Positions 31,594 to 42,430 are shown, numbered from the stretch's first letter. The stretch: 64,000 bases of DNA from an uncultured bacterium (GCA_963744715.1 CAVUUR010000006.1:160001-224000), one strand, 5' to 3'. Notes: generated by a model not told the origin, from the sequence alone. A program made the numbers and translations.

Positions 31594-31728
31594 AAAAAGA
31601 TTTCCTTATAAAAAAATTTAAGAATACAAATACAGGGTTTTATCAGATTTAATTATTTTTGTCAAATATTTTTCCAAGAACTATCCTATCTTGCACGATA
31701 CAATTCAAAAATATCATCCTAAAAACAA

Positions 31729-31760
31729 AAAAAGACAAGATAAAAAACCTTGTCTTTTTT
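31729..31760 (-). terminator. Terminator after rpsR
   Basis: aaaaagacaag...cttgtcttttt. Confidence 0.7.
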
Positions 31761-31786
31761 ATGAAAAATTATGTATTACTTATCTA

Positions 31787-32083
31787 CTAAAATTCGGGAG
31801 CGTAATAAGGAATAAGCGCCATCACTCGTGATTTTTTGATCATGCATGATAACACGCGTTGATGATGTGCGCACGTACCAGAAATACGAGAAGGAAGAAT
31901 TTTTCCTCGCTCGGTTAAAAAACTTCTCAAAAGCGGTGCATTTTTATAATCAAGCATCGGAACTTGATTTTCTTTTACATTACAGAAACGACAATTTTTA
32001 CGCGGAGCAAACGCAAGTCTTCGCGCTTTTTTGCGCAATAAACGACCACTTACTTTTAATTTTGCCAATTTTTTCTTAGCCAC
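31787..32083 (-). CDS. rpsR: 30S ribosomal protein S18 (Zn-binding form, basic N-terminal extension)
   Basis: [28 protein letters not shown]. Confidence 0.96.
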   Translation of the reverse strand: MAKKKLAKLKVSGRLLRKKARRLAFAPRKNCRFCNVKENQVPMLDYKNAPLLRSFLTERGKILPSRISGTCAHHQRVLSCMIKKSRVMALIPYYAPEF

Positions 32084-32099
32084 AGCTTTACCTCAATTA

Positions 32100-32600
32100 T
32101 TAATCAGATTCACTATCTTCATCTAAATCATCTTCATCCAACACGCTATCAGAAATTCGGTCAACATGCTTATCATGTGACGAGGCATTATTATTTAGTA
32201 ATCCCTTCATCTTGTTATCACGCAAGAAGGTATCAACGTCTTGCGTTGGCATGTCTTCCAATGATTCCGGTTTAAAGTAGGCTATCGGCTGTTTTGATGA
32301 TAATTTACTGGTTAAATGACGCATAATAATTGAGCCATGTTTAACCATAAAAAATGAATCAATATCTTTAAAAAGAGAACCAAGATTTACTTCTTGCTTT
32401 GCCTGAAAGCGAACTAGAAAATATACCCCGTAATCATTATTTCTTACAGGATATGCAAGTCTATACTTGCCCCATCGCTCAAAGGAGTTGATCAACCCTT
32501 GTTCTTTTTTAATAATTTGTTCAAATTGTTTTTCTAATGAAGCAGATTCATCGGCAGTAATTTCAGGAACTGCGAGAACCAGCGTTTCATATTGTAGCAT
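32100..32600 (-). CDS. rpsF: 30S ribosomal protein S6 with acidic tail
   Basis: YETLVL and WGKYRLAYPV; directly upstream of rpsR. Confidence 0.94.
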   Translation of the reverse strand: MLQYETLVLAVPEITADESASLEKQFEQIIKKEQGLINSFERWGKYRLAYPVRNNDYGVYFLVRFQAKQEVNLGSLFKDIDSFFMVKHGSIIMRHLTSKLSSKQPIAYFKPESLEDMPTQDVDTFLRDNKMKGLLNNNASSHDKHVDRISDSVLDEDDLDEDSESD

Positions 32601-32705
32601 AATAAAAATCCTTTAAAAAAAAGTACACCAACTGGAAGCGCTTCTAGGAAGCACTATAAAACAACCATTGTTTTATTTAGCATAACGTTACTGCCATAGT
32701 AACCT

Positions 32706-32748
32706 TAAAAAAGCAAAAAAAGCCAGAACAATCTAGCTTTTTTTGCTT
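32706..32748 (-). terminator. Terminator-like hairpin after the XRE regulator
   Basis: aagcaaaaaaagc...gctttttttgctt. Confidence 0.6.
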
Positions 32749-32780
32749 AAAAGTTATAGAAAAGCAATCTTATAAACTGC

Positions 32781-33455
32781 TTATACTAATTTTTGATTAC
32801 GTTGAATAACGCGACCAATAATTCTAAAATGGTCTTTACCACGAATAAGCGCAACCGGCGCTTGCTTGTGGTTAACCGATTCAAGAACAATAAAATCTTC
32901 AGTATACGTTACCTGCATAATAGCTTTTAATGGGGTGTCATTACCATATTCAACAGCCGCGATATCCCCTGAACGAGTCCATACTTCTGGAGAAATGATT
33001 AATAAATCACCTTTTACAAACATTGGTGCCATTAAGTTATTATCGATTGCAAAGTGCAAACATTGCATTGTCCGTTGTATTTAATACAGGAACAAATTCA
33101 TCTTTGTGACCACTGGTAATTTGCATTAATTGATTATTATATGGTGATGGATTTGAAGGAATTTCCCCAACAACAGGTACTATTTGAACCTTTAAGTTAA
33201 CATCAGACTTGTTCAGGCATGCTCACATTGCTATCGATATTATCGGTACGTTGACGGCGTTGTGCAAAAAGGTCGACAGGGCTAATTTCAAAAGCATTTG
33301 CTAATTTTTTTAAAGAGTCTTCATTCCAACGTCTGTGTACCATTTTTTATATGAGTTAGATAACTTTCAGACATACCAGTTTTTTCAGCTAAAATCTTAG
33401 TAGTCCAGCCTTTTTCTCTGAGCAGCTCTTTTACGCGTAACTCAGTTGATGACAT
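32781..33455 (-). CDS. XRE-family HTH regulator fused to an S24/LexA-like domain, about 3 indels
   Basis: Manual translation from ATG 33455: MSSTELRVKELLREKGWTTKILAEKTGMSESYLTHIKNG / RRWNEDSLKKLANAF / VPVVGEIP / MAPMFVKGDLLIISP...GDIAAV...LESVN...IIGRVI. Confidence 0.85.
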
Positions 33456-33567
33456 AATAAACTCCTCTTGGTATATTTTTGATTAAAATATGATAGTATG
33501 GTTATACAACTGCATTAATTCTAATTGTACTCTCTTTATTATTCTTGTCAAATGGAAAAGATTACTC

Positions 33568-34263
33568 ATGGTAACTAAAGCATATAAAGACCGATTCAAT
33601 AAAAATTTTTTTGAATCGTCCGCCTGGCAGCTTAATAACCTGGTATGCGGCATTGATGAGGTTGGCCGAGGTTGCCTGGCAGGGCCTGTTGTTACCGGGG
33701 CAGTTATTCTCTATCCGCATAAAAAAAGTCGTTTAATTAAAGATTCCAAACTACTCACCCAGGAAGAATTGGCAGTAGCCTATTCATGGGTGGTCAAAAA
33801 TTCATGGTTTAGCTTTGCCATTATCAGCGCTCGAGATATTGATAAATATAACATTTATCATGCCACCCTACGGGCTATGAAACGGGCAGTTATGCAATTA
33901 TTGAGTAATTGCCCACAAGCACCTTCACAAATAGTTATTGATGCCATGCCTCTTAACCTGATGGGCACCCCGTATGAGCATATTGATGTTTTTCATTTTC
34001 CTTTTGGTGAAAGTAAATCGATATCCATTGCCGCCGCCTCAATTGTAGCCAAAGTAAAGCGGGATCAATTAATGCGCACTATCGCCCCTTCATTTCCCCC
34101 CTATCATTTTGCTCGCCATAAAGGATATAGTACAAAACTTCATCAAGAAGCGGTCAAAAAGCATGGGCGAATCATTATTCATCGAATTAAATTTTTAGAA
34201 AATAAGCATTTCACCCAACCAGAAATAGGTAATCCTGATGGAGACCAGCAAACCCTTTGCTGA
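33568..34263 (+). CDS. rnhB: Ribonuclease HII
   Basis: GIDEVGRGCLAGPV, DSKLL, SIAAASIVAKVKRD, HKGY. Confidence 0.97.
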   Translation: MVTKAYKDRFNKNFFESSAWQLNNLVCGIDEVGRGCLAGPVVTGAVILYPHKKSRLIKDSKLLTQEELAVAYSWVVKNSWFSFAIISARDIDKYNIYHATLRAMKRAVMQLLSNCPQAPSQIVIDAMPLNLMGTPYEHIDVFHFPFGESKSISIAAASIVAKVKRDQLMRTIAPSFPPYHFARHKGYSTKLHQEAVKKHGRIIIHRIKFLENKHFTQPEIGNPDGDQQTLC

Positions 34264-34834
34264 AATTATAGAAAGTTCATTAACCGGCTGGCTTGCCCAA
34301 AGTTGGCAATGGGATCAATTTCCTTCATTCGGCTCTGTTATTACTATTGAAACAAAAAAACGGATACTTTTTGGTATTGTACATCAAATTGAAACAGGCT
34401 CTATGGATCCTGTACGTTATCCATTTGCCTATCAAAAAACAGAAGAAGAACTGCTACAGGAACAACCTCAAATTTTCGAATTCCTCAAAACAACCTTTCA
34501 TTGTTTGACTATCGGCTACCAAGAACAGGGAGCACCTATTACCTATCAATTAGCTCCGGAACCCCCCAAAATTCATGCATTTGCTGCTTGCGCATCACGC
34601 CAACTATATAAAAATTTTTTTGCAAACAATCAGTACCTCCACATTCTTTTTGGCCTTTCAAATAGTATATTTAATCTTGACGAACTATTGCTTGCCATTT
34701 TAAAACAACTGAAAGATCAGGATATCCTTACTGAAGTTACCGTTGCCAATTTCATCGATACTTTTTCCTTATTGACCGGCAATGATTACAAACGGTTAAA
34801 ATTATTCTTGCAACGAGCAGAACAAATTATATAG
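34238..34834 (+). CDS. Conserved hypothetical protein, HAS-barrel-like
   Basis: AEIIESS..., PSFGS, EQPQIFEFL, YQLAPEPPKIH and DELLLA resemble HAS-barrel proteins (recognition from memory). Confidence 0.55.
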   Translation: METSKPFAEIIESSLTGWLAQSWQWDQFPSFGSVITIETKKRILFGIVHQIETGSMDPVRYPFAYQKTEEELLQEQPQIFEFLKTTFHCLTIGYQEQGAPITYQLAPEPPKIHAFAACASRQLYKNFFANNQYLHILFGLSNSIFNLDELLLAILKQLKDQDILTEVTVANFIDTFSLLTGNDYKRLKLFLQRAEQII

Positions 34835-34867
34835 CTTTTCACTAATTCTTCATAAAAAAGGAAAATA

Positions 34868-35380
34868 GTGAATAATTATGTAGTACTATGCAGTGCCTTA
34901 TTTACAATCTTTTCGACACTTGCAGCAATGGAATTAACAGAAGATAACCCTGTTGCATTATTTATAACCAAGATTGTTCAAGCCCATCCTAATAATAATT
35001 CCTATGTATGGCATAATACTATTGACCATACCAGAAAAGGTTCTGGCACGTTATACGATTATTTTGAGCTAGGCAGTTCTGTTAACGTAATTTCCAGCAT
35101 AAGGCTACCAGAAGAAAAACAGCATGATTACGTTGATCAAATGCTCAAAGGAATATCGACTTTCGATTACAACGATAACACTATACTCATATTAACTGGC
35201 GCAGAAGAAACCATTAAAGAGGTCGTCCAACAAAAAGAACGTAAAAAAGCTACACGGTTAGCAAATACCAACAAATCCTCATTACTGTTATTTGGAAGTT
35301 TTGTTGCTGCCTGTACTATTATGGCAACCTTAACTACGCAACGTTTAATGCGCACCTATATACCTAAACTATACCAATAA
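34868..35380 (+). CDS. Signal-peptide hypothetical protein with C-terminal TM helix
   Basis: ...FSTLAA-ME; hydrophobic C-terminal segment; AAGGA RBS. Confidence 0.7.
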   Translation: MNNYVVLCSALFTIFSTLAAMELTEDNPVALFITKIVQAHPNNNSYVWHNTIDHTRKGSGTLYDYFELGSSVNVISSIRLPEEKQHDYVDQMLKGISTFDYNDNTILILTGAEETIKEVVQQKERKKATRLANTNKSSLLLFGSFVAACTIMATLTTQRLMRTYIPKLYQ

Positions 35381-35481
35381 TTCTCATTCAACCCCCTGCT
35401 TACATTTATTTATAATTCAGATATACTAATAAATTAAGAATATCTTATTAAAAAATTGTTTAATAGATGAGAGATTGTTTC

Positions 35482-36453
35482 ATGCGTTCTTTTTTTACTG
35501 TTATATTGTTTTTTCCCCTCTATACCTGGTGTAGTGATACTATTGTTTCACCTGCACAGAATGTAAGTATGAACCAAACAAAACCTATCACTCACGAACG
35601 CATTCACCCTAAAAATATTCTTCTTTCATGGTTGTATACCAGTGTATTGAGTAAACCATTACGATTATTACTCACACAGCGTTGGGTAAGTATAGGAGTT
35701 GGCTGGCTGGCTAATCGATCATTGAGTAAATATTTAATACCGGCATTTATACAAGCACAACATATAAATACGCAAGAGATACTTCCGGAAGAATATGCAA
35801 CGTTTAATGAATTTTTCTATAGAAAACTAAAACCGGATGCTCGCCCCATTGATAATGACCCTGCATCATTCATATCCCCTTGTGATGGCAATTTGATGAT
35901 TGTTCCTGATATTACGCCGACGACTGAATTTTTAGTAAAAAATAAATCTTTCAATCTTGAATGTTTTTTGCATGATAAAAATCTTGCTGAAAAATTCTAC
36001 CACGGCACTATGGTGGTTATTTATCTTGCTCCTTCCGATTATCACCGTTTCCATGCGCCACTTGATTGTATCCCAGAACAAGCAATTCGCATTAATGGAA
36101 AATATGAATCAGTTAATACCATTGTGTACCAAGCAGGCATTCAACCATTAACGGAAAATGAACGCCAGTTAACGATATTAAAAACATCCTCCGCAGGTGA
36201 CATTGCTTATGTTTCTGTGGGAGCACTTTTCGTTGGCGGCATTACCCATACTTATCAAGCAGGACAACTATCAACAAAAGGTGATGATTTTGGTTATTTC
36301 TCTTTCGGCGGATCTACTGTAGTATTATTATTACAACCAAATACGTTTAATATTAATCCTGCATTAGAACAAGAACTCAAAAAACATGGAAATGCATCAA
36401 TAAAAATGGGTATGCCTTTAGGAACTATTATTCAAAACAATCAGTTCGAATAA
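35482..36453 (+). CDS. psd: Phosphatidylserine decarboxylase proenzyme
   Basis: FNEFFYRKLK, SPCDG, YLAPSDYHRFH, NERQ and the FGGST cleavage motif. Confidence 0.95.
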   Translation: MRSFFTVILFFPLYTWCSDTIVSPAQNVSMNQTKPITHERIHPKNILLSWLYTSVLSKPLRLLLTQRWVSIGVGWLANRSLSKYLIPAFIQAQHINTQEILPEEYATFNEFFYRKLKPDARPIDNDPASFISPCDGNLMIVPDITPTTEFLVKNKSFNLECFLHDKNLAEKFYHGTMVVIYLAPSDYHRFHAPLDCIPEQAIRINGKYESVNTIVYQAGIQPLTENERQLTILKTSSAGDIAYVSVGALFVGGITHTYQAGQLSTKGDDFGYFSFGGSTVVLLLQPNTFNINPALEQELKKHGNASIKMGMPLGTIIQNNQFE

Positions 36454-36488
36454 AAAATTGTTTTTGCGGTTTTGTATAAGGAAAATAT

Positions 36489-37382
36489 ATGTTTAATATC
36501 ATCAAAAGTACGCTACATACCTTATATGCCTCATTCACTACTAAAATTAATACCTTGTTTGCACAAACTTCTGTTGACGATAAAACGCTACAAGAACTTG
36601 AACAACTCTTAATACAAGCCGATACTGGTTTTGCCGTCAGCAAAGAAATCATAAACGCCATTAAAATTACTCGTAAAAAACAACCAATGAATGATGGCGC
36701 CATGTTAAAAAATATTCTTGAACAGGAATTAATAAAACGATTAACGCCGTATACTATTCCCCAAACTGCCAAAACAGTATATTTATTAGTGGGAGTAAAT
36801 GGAAGCGGCAAAACAACCTTTGCCGGTAGATTTGCACAACAATATACCCAACAAGGAAAAAAAGTTTTACTTGCAGCGGGGGATACCTTTCGGGCAGCAG
36901 CAACGGAACAACTCACTCTCTGGGCGCAAAAAAGTAACGCTGATATTGTTAAAGGCGCAGAAGATCAAGATCCTGGATCGGTGGTTTTTTCTGCATGCCA
37001 ACAATTCATCACCGGAAACTACGATATCTTAATTATTGATACGGCAGGTCGCTTACAAACAAAAATTAATCTTATGCATGAATTGGCAAAAATAAAACGA
37101 ATTATCGAACGCCAACTTCCTACTCACACGGTAGTAACCTTACTAACCATCGATGCAATGCTCGGCCAAAATTCATTGGAGCAAGCCCGCTTATTTAATG
37201 AAAGTACAACAATTAATGGTATCGTTTTGACAAAAATGGACGGAACCGGAAAAGGCGGCATCGTCTTTGCCATAAATCATGCCCTTACCATTCCTGTTGC
37301 CTATATTTCTGCAGGTGAACAGGTAGATATGTTACAACGTTTTGATCCAACTGCTTACGTTAAGCATCTTTTAAACGCATAA
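36489..37382 (+). CDS. ftsY: SRP receptor FtsY (NG domain only)
   Basis: GVNGSGKTT, DTFRAAA, DTAGR, TKMDGTGKGG. Confidence 0.97.
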   Translation: MFNIIKSTLHTLYASFTTKINTLFAQTSVDDKTLQELEQLLIQADTGFAVSKEIINAIKITRKKQPMNDGAMLKNILEQELIKRLTPYTIPQTAKTVYLLVGVNGSGKTTFAGRFAQQYTQQGKKVLLAAGDTFRAAATEQLTLWAQKSNADIVKGAEDQDPGSVVFSACQQFITGNYDILIIDTAGRLQTKINLMHELAKIKRIIERQLPTHTVVTLLTIDAMLGQNSLEQARLFNESTTINGIVLTKMDGTGKGGIVFAINHALTIPVAYISAGEQVDMLQRFDPTAYVKHLLNA

Positions 37383-37494
37383 CATTACTCAATTTATTTC
37401 CCCCATAAAATAACTATCTAGTACATATACTTAACTTTTCTAGCAAATCTTAGTATAACCAACAATAAATGTTATTGTTGGTAAAGGAATAATC

Positions 37495-38388
37495 ATGGAA
37501 CGCATCGTAATACCTTTTATTAATCAAATAGCCAAACAGTTAGCACCAATTTATCAACATACCAATGAACAAGAGCAAGTTACATGGTGGCTGATACAAA
37601 AACTTACTGGTATTGAGCAAGCAACCTTATTAGCTCACAGTACTATTGAATTAACTGAACAACAAGAACAAACACTGGCCACATGGATTAACAATCATGT
37701 AGTTAATCATATGCCATTACAATATATATTGGGCACCGTCCCTTTTAATGATCTTGAAATAATCGTTGAGCCTCCGGTATTAATACCTCGCCCTGAAACA
37801 GAAGAATGGTGTCTAACCTTATGCTCACAACTCAAACCACTTACTTCCAAAAAAATTCATCTTACTATTCTTGATCTCTGCACAGGAACTGGCTGTATAG
37901 CATTAACGTTAGCAAAGGAATTATCATATGCACAGGTATATGCAACGGATATAGCTGACTTCGCTCTTGCTTTAGCCAAAAAAAACGCTGCTCACAATAC
38001 TATTAACAATGTTACGTTCATACAATCTGATATCTATGAAAACATTCCTACTGATCTTACCTTTGATTTGATCGTTGCGAATCCTCCTTATATTACCGCT
38101 AAAGAGTGGAAAAAAATGGATCCAATGGTAACCGAATGGGAAGATAAACAGGCACTCGTTGCAGAACATGAAGGTTTGGCAATAATAGAAAAAATTATTA
38201 AAGGTGCGCAGCAACGGCTCAAAGAAAATCTTGCAATGAAAATGCTTAATATTCCGCAACTTGTTATTGAAATAGGATACCGACAAGGAGAGCGCGTTAA
38301 AGAACTTATGCATAACAATGTTTTTAACCATATTGCTCTACATAAAGACCTTGAAGGAAAGGATCGTTTAGTAACGGGAAGGATGTAA
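37495..38388 (+). CDS. prmC: Release factor glutamine methyltransferase
   Basis: PLQYILG, LIPRPETE, DLCTGTGCI, NPPY. Confidence 0.96.
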   Translation: MERIVIPFINQIAKQLAPIYQHTNEQEQVTWWLIQKLTGIEQATLLAHSTIELTEQQEQTLATWINNHVVNHMPLQYILGTVPFNDLEIIVEPPVLIPRPETEEWCLTLCSQLKPLTSKKIHLTILDLCTGTGCIALTLAKELSYAQVYATDIADFALALAKKNAAHNTINNVTFIQSDIYENIPTDLTFDLIVANPPYITAKEWKKMDPMVTEWEDKQALVAEHEGLAIIEKIIKGAQQRLKENLAMKMLNIPQLVIEIGYRQGERVKELMHNNVFNHIALHKDLEGKDRLVTGRM

Positions 38389-38392
38389 AATA

Positions 38393-39070
38393 ATGTGGCC
38401 ATTACCTACACCTCAATATACTATCGTGAGCATAAATATTGATCCGGAAGGAGTAGCGTGTTACGCATTTTCCCTACAGAAAAAAAAGATATTATTACGC
38501 CATTATGCGCATTTTGATACTGCAAAAATAATGATCATTAATGGCATTATTTTTAACAGCACTGCACTTCATTCGCATATAAATAAATTTATCATTGATA
38601 ACGATCTTGCCTATAGTTACGGCGTATTAGCAATTACCCAACCCAGCGTTACACAAGAATTATGTACCACGAACGCAGTTCAAGATATATACCACCAACA
38701 TGCTTACAACGTTACTAACCGCCCTATACTATCATTGCTCTCCGATCGCTGGTATTACCTAAGTACTATTTCAGAACAGTATCTTTTTCATTACAAATTA
38801 TTTTTAACACGACTCAAGTTACATTGTTTACAAATAACCACACCTATACTTGCATTGTTAACCATATATGAATTGCTCTATCCAAAAAATATCATTACCT
38901 ATGATAAACAAACTATTTGCTCATTGTACGATCACTGCATGAATGCAATAACTATCAATGATCTAGAAAATTGTGTAACGATAGCTTCAAATATTACGCT
39001 CAACAAAACAGAACTTGCTCGAGGCGTTGGATTATTTTTACTTGGAAAAAAAACATATGAACAATCATAA
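38393..39070 (+). CDS. Hypothetical protein, possibly a degenerate PilM-like protein
   Basis: Overlaps a PilN-like gene; weak PilM-like features (INGIIFN, terminal ARGVGL). Confidence 0.45.
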   Translation: MWPLPTPQYTIVSINIDPEGVACYAFSLQKKKILLRHYAHFDTAKIMIINGIIFNSTALHSHINKFIIDNDLAYSYGVLAITQPSVTQELCTTNAVQDIYHQHAYNVTNRPILSLLSDRWYYLSTISEQYLFHYKLFLTRLKLHCLQITTPILALLTIYELLYPKNIITYDKQTICSLYDHCMNAITINDLENCVTIASNITLNKTELARGVGLFLLGKKTYEQS

Positions 39071-39608
39071 TTTTATTGTACCCATTGCTCCTAAAAAACA
39101 ACGTGAAATACGTAGATGGTATATTATTTCATGCTATAGCGCTATTATCGTTATATGCTTGATAAGTGCGCTCACCATACAACAAGTATATGACCTCTGG
39201 CATCTTAAAAAAGATTATCAACTGCTATCAAGACAAGAACAAGAATATGAAACTTTTTTAAAAACCGTTGAACAACTTGAGATACAGGAAACGGCGCTTG
39301 CTAAAAAATTGAAAAAATTAACGCAATTTTGTAAAAATCCAATAATGCCATCAACGCTCTTTGAACATCTTACAACAATGTTACCCAACGATGTTGCATT
39401 TTCTAAGGTTATTTTAAATGATCATCGCACCGTTGAATTACAAGGCCATGCCATGAATACACAAGGCATAACTACCTTATTGCAACGATTAGATTCATCA
39501 CCCTTACTTACACAGATTCATGTAACTTCTTTACATCATCAATCGCAACAAGCAACAGCAAATGCTCCATGCTTGCAGTTTGTTATGCAAGGAACTATAA
39601 AAAAATAA
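39057..39608 (+). CDS. pilN: PilN-domain protein
   Basis: HNF...KKQREIRR, one TM helix, coiled coil, LPNDVAF, VELQGHA, LDSSPLL, LQFVMQG. Confidence 0.75.
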   Translation: MNNHNFIVPIAPKKQREIRRWYIISCYSAIIVICLISALTIQQVYDLWHLKKDYQLLSRQEQEYETFLKTVEQLEIQETALAKKLKKLTQFCKNPIMPSTLFEHLTTMLPNDVAFSKVILNDHRTVELQGHAMNTQGITTLLQRLDSSPLLTQIHVTSLHHQSQQATANAPCLQFVMQGTIKK

Positions 39609-39692
39609 ACAAACTAGGTATTATTTTTTTGCTTGTTATACTTGATTATGCGTAATACAACATAGTTTAGTTTTTTATCTGTTTTCATTGTC

Positions 39693-41534
39693 ATGGGAAA
39701 AATAAAACAATTACCACCGCACGAAGCCCACAAAATTGCAGCAGGAGAAGTAGTAGATCGCCCTGCCAACGTAGTAAAAGAATTAATAGAAAATTCAATT
39801 GATGCAGGCGCTCAATCTATTTGCCTGTATCTTGAACGTTCCGGGCACAATAGCATTAGAGTTGTCGATAATGGTTACGGCATGGATCAAGAAGATGCCG
39901 AACTGTGTTTTGCACATCATGCAACAAGTAAAATTAGTTCCGTTGAACAACTGTATTCATTACAAAGTTTCGGATTCCGCGGCGAAGCATTAACCAGCAT
40001 TGCTGCAGTAAGTAAAGTAACCCTTATCACCAAAGAACAGCATGCGCATACTGGTATTAAGCTTGAGCGAACTAATAATATCATAACCAGTTGCCAAGAA
40101 GTTTCGTGCACATCAGGCACCGATATTACCGTTCAAGATCTTTTTTATAATGTTCCCGCTCGAAAAAAATTTCTTAAAAAAGAACAAACAGAATTGCGCA
40201 ACATTGTGCAACTATTTCATGCATTCTGCTTTGATTATCCGAAGATACAATTTAAATTGTATTCTGATGGTAACCTTATTTCTAACGTTCCATCAGTTGA
40301 AAATCTTGAACAACGCGTACAACAATTGTGGCAAGCAATACCAATGATGAGCATTGAGCAAACAACAAATAATACTATCAAAATACAGGGTATTATTTCA
40401 TCTCATCAGCATTATCGGTATGATCGCAGCAACATTTTCTTTTTTGTTAATCAACGATGGGTAAAAAATAACGCACTTATAAAGGCATTATTAAAAAGTT
40501 ATCTTAACGTATTGCCCGAAGGGCGCTATCCGAGTGCTATCGTATCATTAACGATTGATCCGCAGGAAATTGATATTAATATTCACCCGCGCAAAGAAGA
40601 AGTGCAATTTCTTCATGAACGCATCGTTGAACAGGTTGTTTACAATGCAGTAAAAAGTACTCTTGAGAAACATCTGTCGCATCACGTTGTTTTACCAAGA
40701 GCAACAGAACCTTCTTACGCCACCACCTTTGCACCATTAAAAACTACCGTAGATCATACTAACACATTCCCTAAAAACTTCTCTTTAACAGCGCATACTG
40801 CATCTGAACAGAAATTTGAAGAAAAATTTCATTATACAAAACCTTATGCTAATTCTTTTGCACAACAACCAATAGCAACAGCACCTGCGCCTATTGAGCG
40901 GCACAACAATACACTACAAAATGCACAACAACAAGAATCTTTTGTGCACGCTGAACCCTATCAATTTATTGGCATGTATAATAACACGTATATTCTTGCC
41001 GAATCGCCAGAGGGATTAGTATTAATTGATCAACATGCGGCGCATGAAAGAATTTTATACGAGCAGTTTAAGAGCCGTTTTGACACCATGCAAACAATAC
41101 CGCTCTTATTCCCTGCCATTATTACATTTTCTGCTGATGAATATGCGTTGATCACCGAATATACGGATATCCTAAAAACTCATGGCTTAATTATTGAATC
41201 GTTTGGGCACAATAGTATTATCGTTCAATCAGCACCGGCGCATTTAAAAAATATTTCATTTACAGACCTACTTAAGGAATTATTAGGTTTGCTCATTGAA
41301 CATAAAAATCTTGATCGCGATACCTTTTTGACTACCATTCATGAAAAAATTCATGCACAAATGGCCTGCAAAGCCGCAGTAAAGGCGGGTGATGAACTGA
41401 CGCAAGAACAGATTAAACGATTGCTTAATGATCTTTATGCAACCAGTAATCGATTTGCATGTCCTCACGGAAGACCAACCCTATGGACGCTGCATCAAGA
41501 AGAAATTGAACGAAAATTTAAGCGAAAAAAATAA
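39693..41534 (+). CDS. mutL: DNA mismatch repair protein MutL
   Basis: IAAGEVVDRP, KELIENSIDAG, GFRGEAL, DQHAAHER, ACKAA, CPHGRP. Confidence 0.98.
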   Translation: MGKIKQLPPHEAHKIAAGEVVDRPANVVKELIENSIDAGAQSICLYLERSGHNSIRVVDNGYGMDQEDAELCFAHHATSKISSVEQLYSLQSFGFRGEALTSIAAVSKVTLITKEQHAHTGIKLERTNNIITSCQEVSCTSGTDITVQDLFYNVPARKKFLKKEQTELRNIVQLFHAFCFDYPKIQFKLYSDGNLISNVPSVENLEQRVQQLWQAIPMMSIEQTTNNTIKIQGIISSHQHYRYDRSNIFFFVNQRWVKNNALIKALLKSYLNVLPEGRYPSAIVSLTIDPQEIDINIHPRKEEVQFLHERIVEQVVYNAVKSTLEKHLSHHVVLPRATEPSYATTFAPLKTTVDHTNTFPKNFSLTAHTASEQKFEEKFHYTKPYANSFAQQPIATAPAPIERHNNTLQNAQQQESFVHAEPYQFIGMYNNTYILAESPEGLVLIDQHAAHERILYEQFKSRFDTMQTIPLLFPAIITFSADEYALITEYTDILKTHGLIIESFGHNSIIVQSAPAHLKNISFTDLLKELLGLLIEHKNLDRDTFLTTIHEKIHAQMACKAAVKAGDELTQEQIKRLLNDLYATSNRFACPHGRPTLWTLHQEEIERKFKRKK

Positions 41535-42308
41535 TTAGCGCATAGTATTACTATTAAAAGCGTTAGTTCGTTCTTCCAATAACGTTCTATACACATGTGC
41601 ATACACTAATATACTCGCCGGCCATATAATAAATAAGGTTATGCCAAAAAAGACCGTTGCTATTGAATTCATCAAAACAAACAAAATATTTAATGCTAAA
41701 AGTTTCCATTTCGAACCGTACGTTACTTCCGCACTGTGATGAAATGCTTCAAAAACACCAAGATTTTCATACACGATACCATGATGCACAAAAGCGTATC
41801 TAATGCTTAAATAAATACCTGGAACAATAAAACAAGCAAAACCAAGCCCGCACATAAGCCAATATAATAATGAAGCAACCAGATCACGTAACACTAAATG
41901 CCCACAAGAAAATAATCTTTTGATATAACTTTCTCCTCGATCATAAAAATCAAAAGCAATTCTAATATTACCTAGAGCAAAAAAGCGAATCATCGGGTAA
42001 AATCCTAGAATCAACAATGCAATAATGCCAAACATGGCATACCAATTTAAATGATGAATGACAGACTTTAATTGTACTTTGACCATTTCCATAGCACTCG
42101 AAGAAGATGCAACATCAAGCATACTAATAGTTGGAACTACATTATTGAAAAACAATACATAGGCTAATAATAAAACTACCAGTCCCACTATAAAAGCAAT
42201 GCCATATTGCACAAAAATAAGCCCGAGAAAAAAAGCAAAATGCTCAAACAGCGTAAAAAATCCAAATTTTAATGATTCAGTTATTGAAAAACCTTTTTTT
42301 TGATCCAT
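41535..42308 (-). CDS. Integral membrane protein (DUF975-like)
   Basis: Multiple TM helices, FIVPGIY, EAFHHSAEVTYG. Confidence 0.7.
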   Translation of the reverse strand: MDQKKGFSITESLKFGFFTLFEHFAFFLGLIFVQYGIAFIVGLVVLLLAYVLFFNNVVPTISMLDVASSSSAMEMVKVQLKSVIHHLNWYAMFGIIALLILGFYPMIRFFALGNIRIAFDFYDRGESYIKRLFSCGHLVLRDLVASLLYWLMCGLGFACFIVPGIYLSIRYAFVHHGIVYENLGVFEAFHHSAEVTYGSKWKLLALNILFVLMNSIATVFFGITLFIIWPASILVYAHVYRTLLEERTNAFNSNTMR

Positions 42309-42430
42309 GGTTAATATTCCTTTATTTTTTCATCTATTGAACAACCTATAGTTGTAAGAATAAAAAGAACAAACAGATAATACAAGAATTTTTTAAGATT
42401 TATACTACTTATGAAGTCACCATTACACAA

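Noticed and set aside
32638..32654. Small hairpin in the rpsF leader as an S6:S18 autoregulatory RNA
   Set aside because: Only a 6-bp stem is visible; it cannot be confirmed without a covariance-model search.
36428..36916. 162-aa minus-strand ORF and similar short antisense ORFs inside nrdA, hppA, glyA and the ankyrin genes
   Set aside because: They overlap well-supported genes and show no motifs or RBS.
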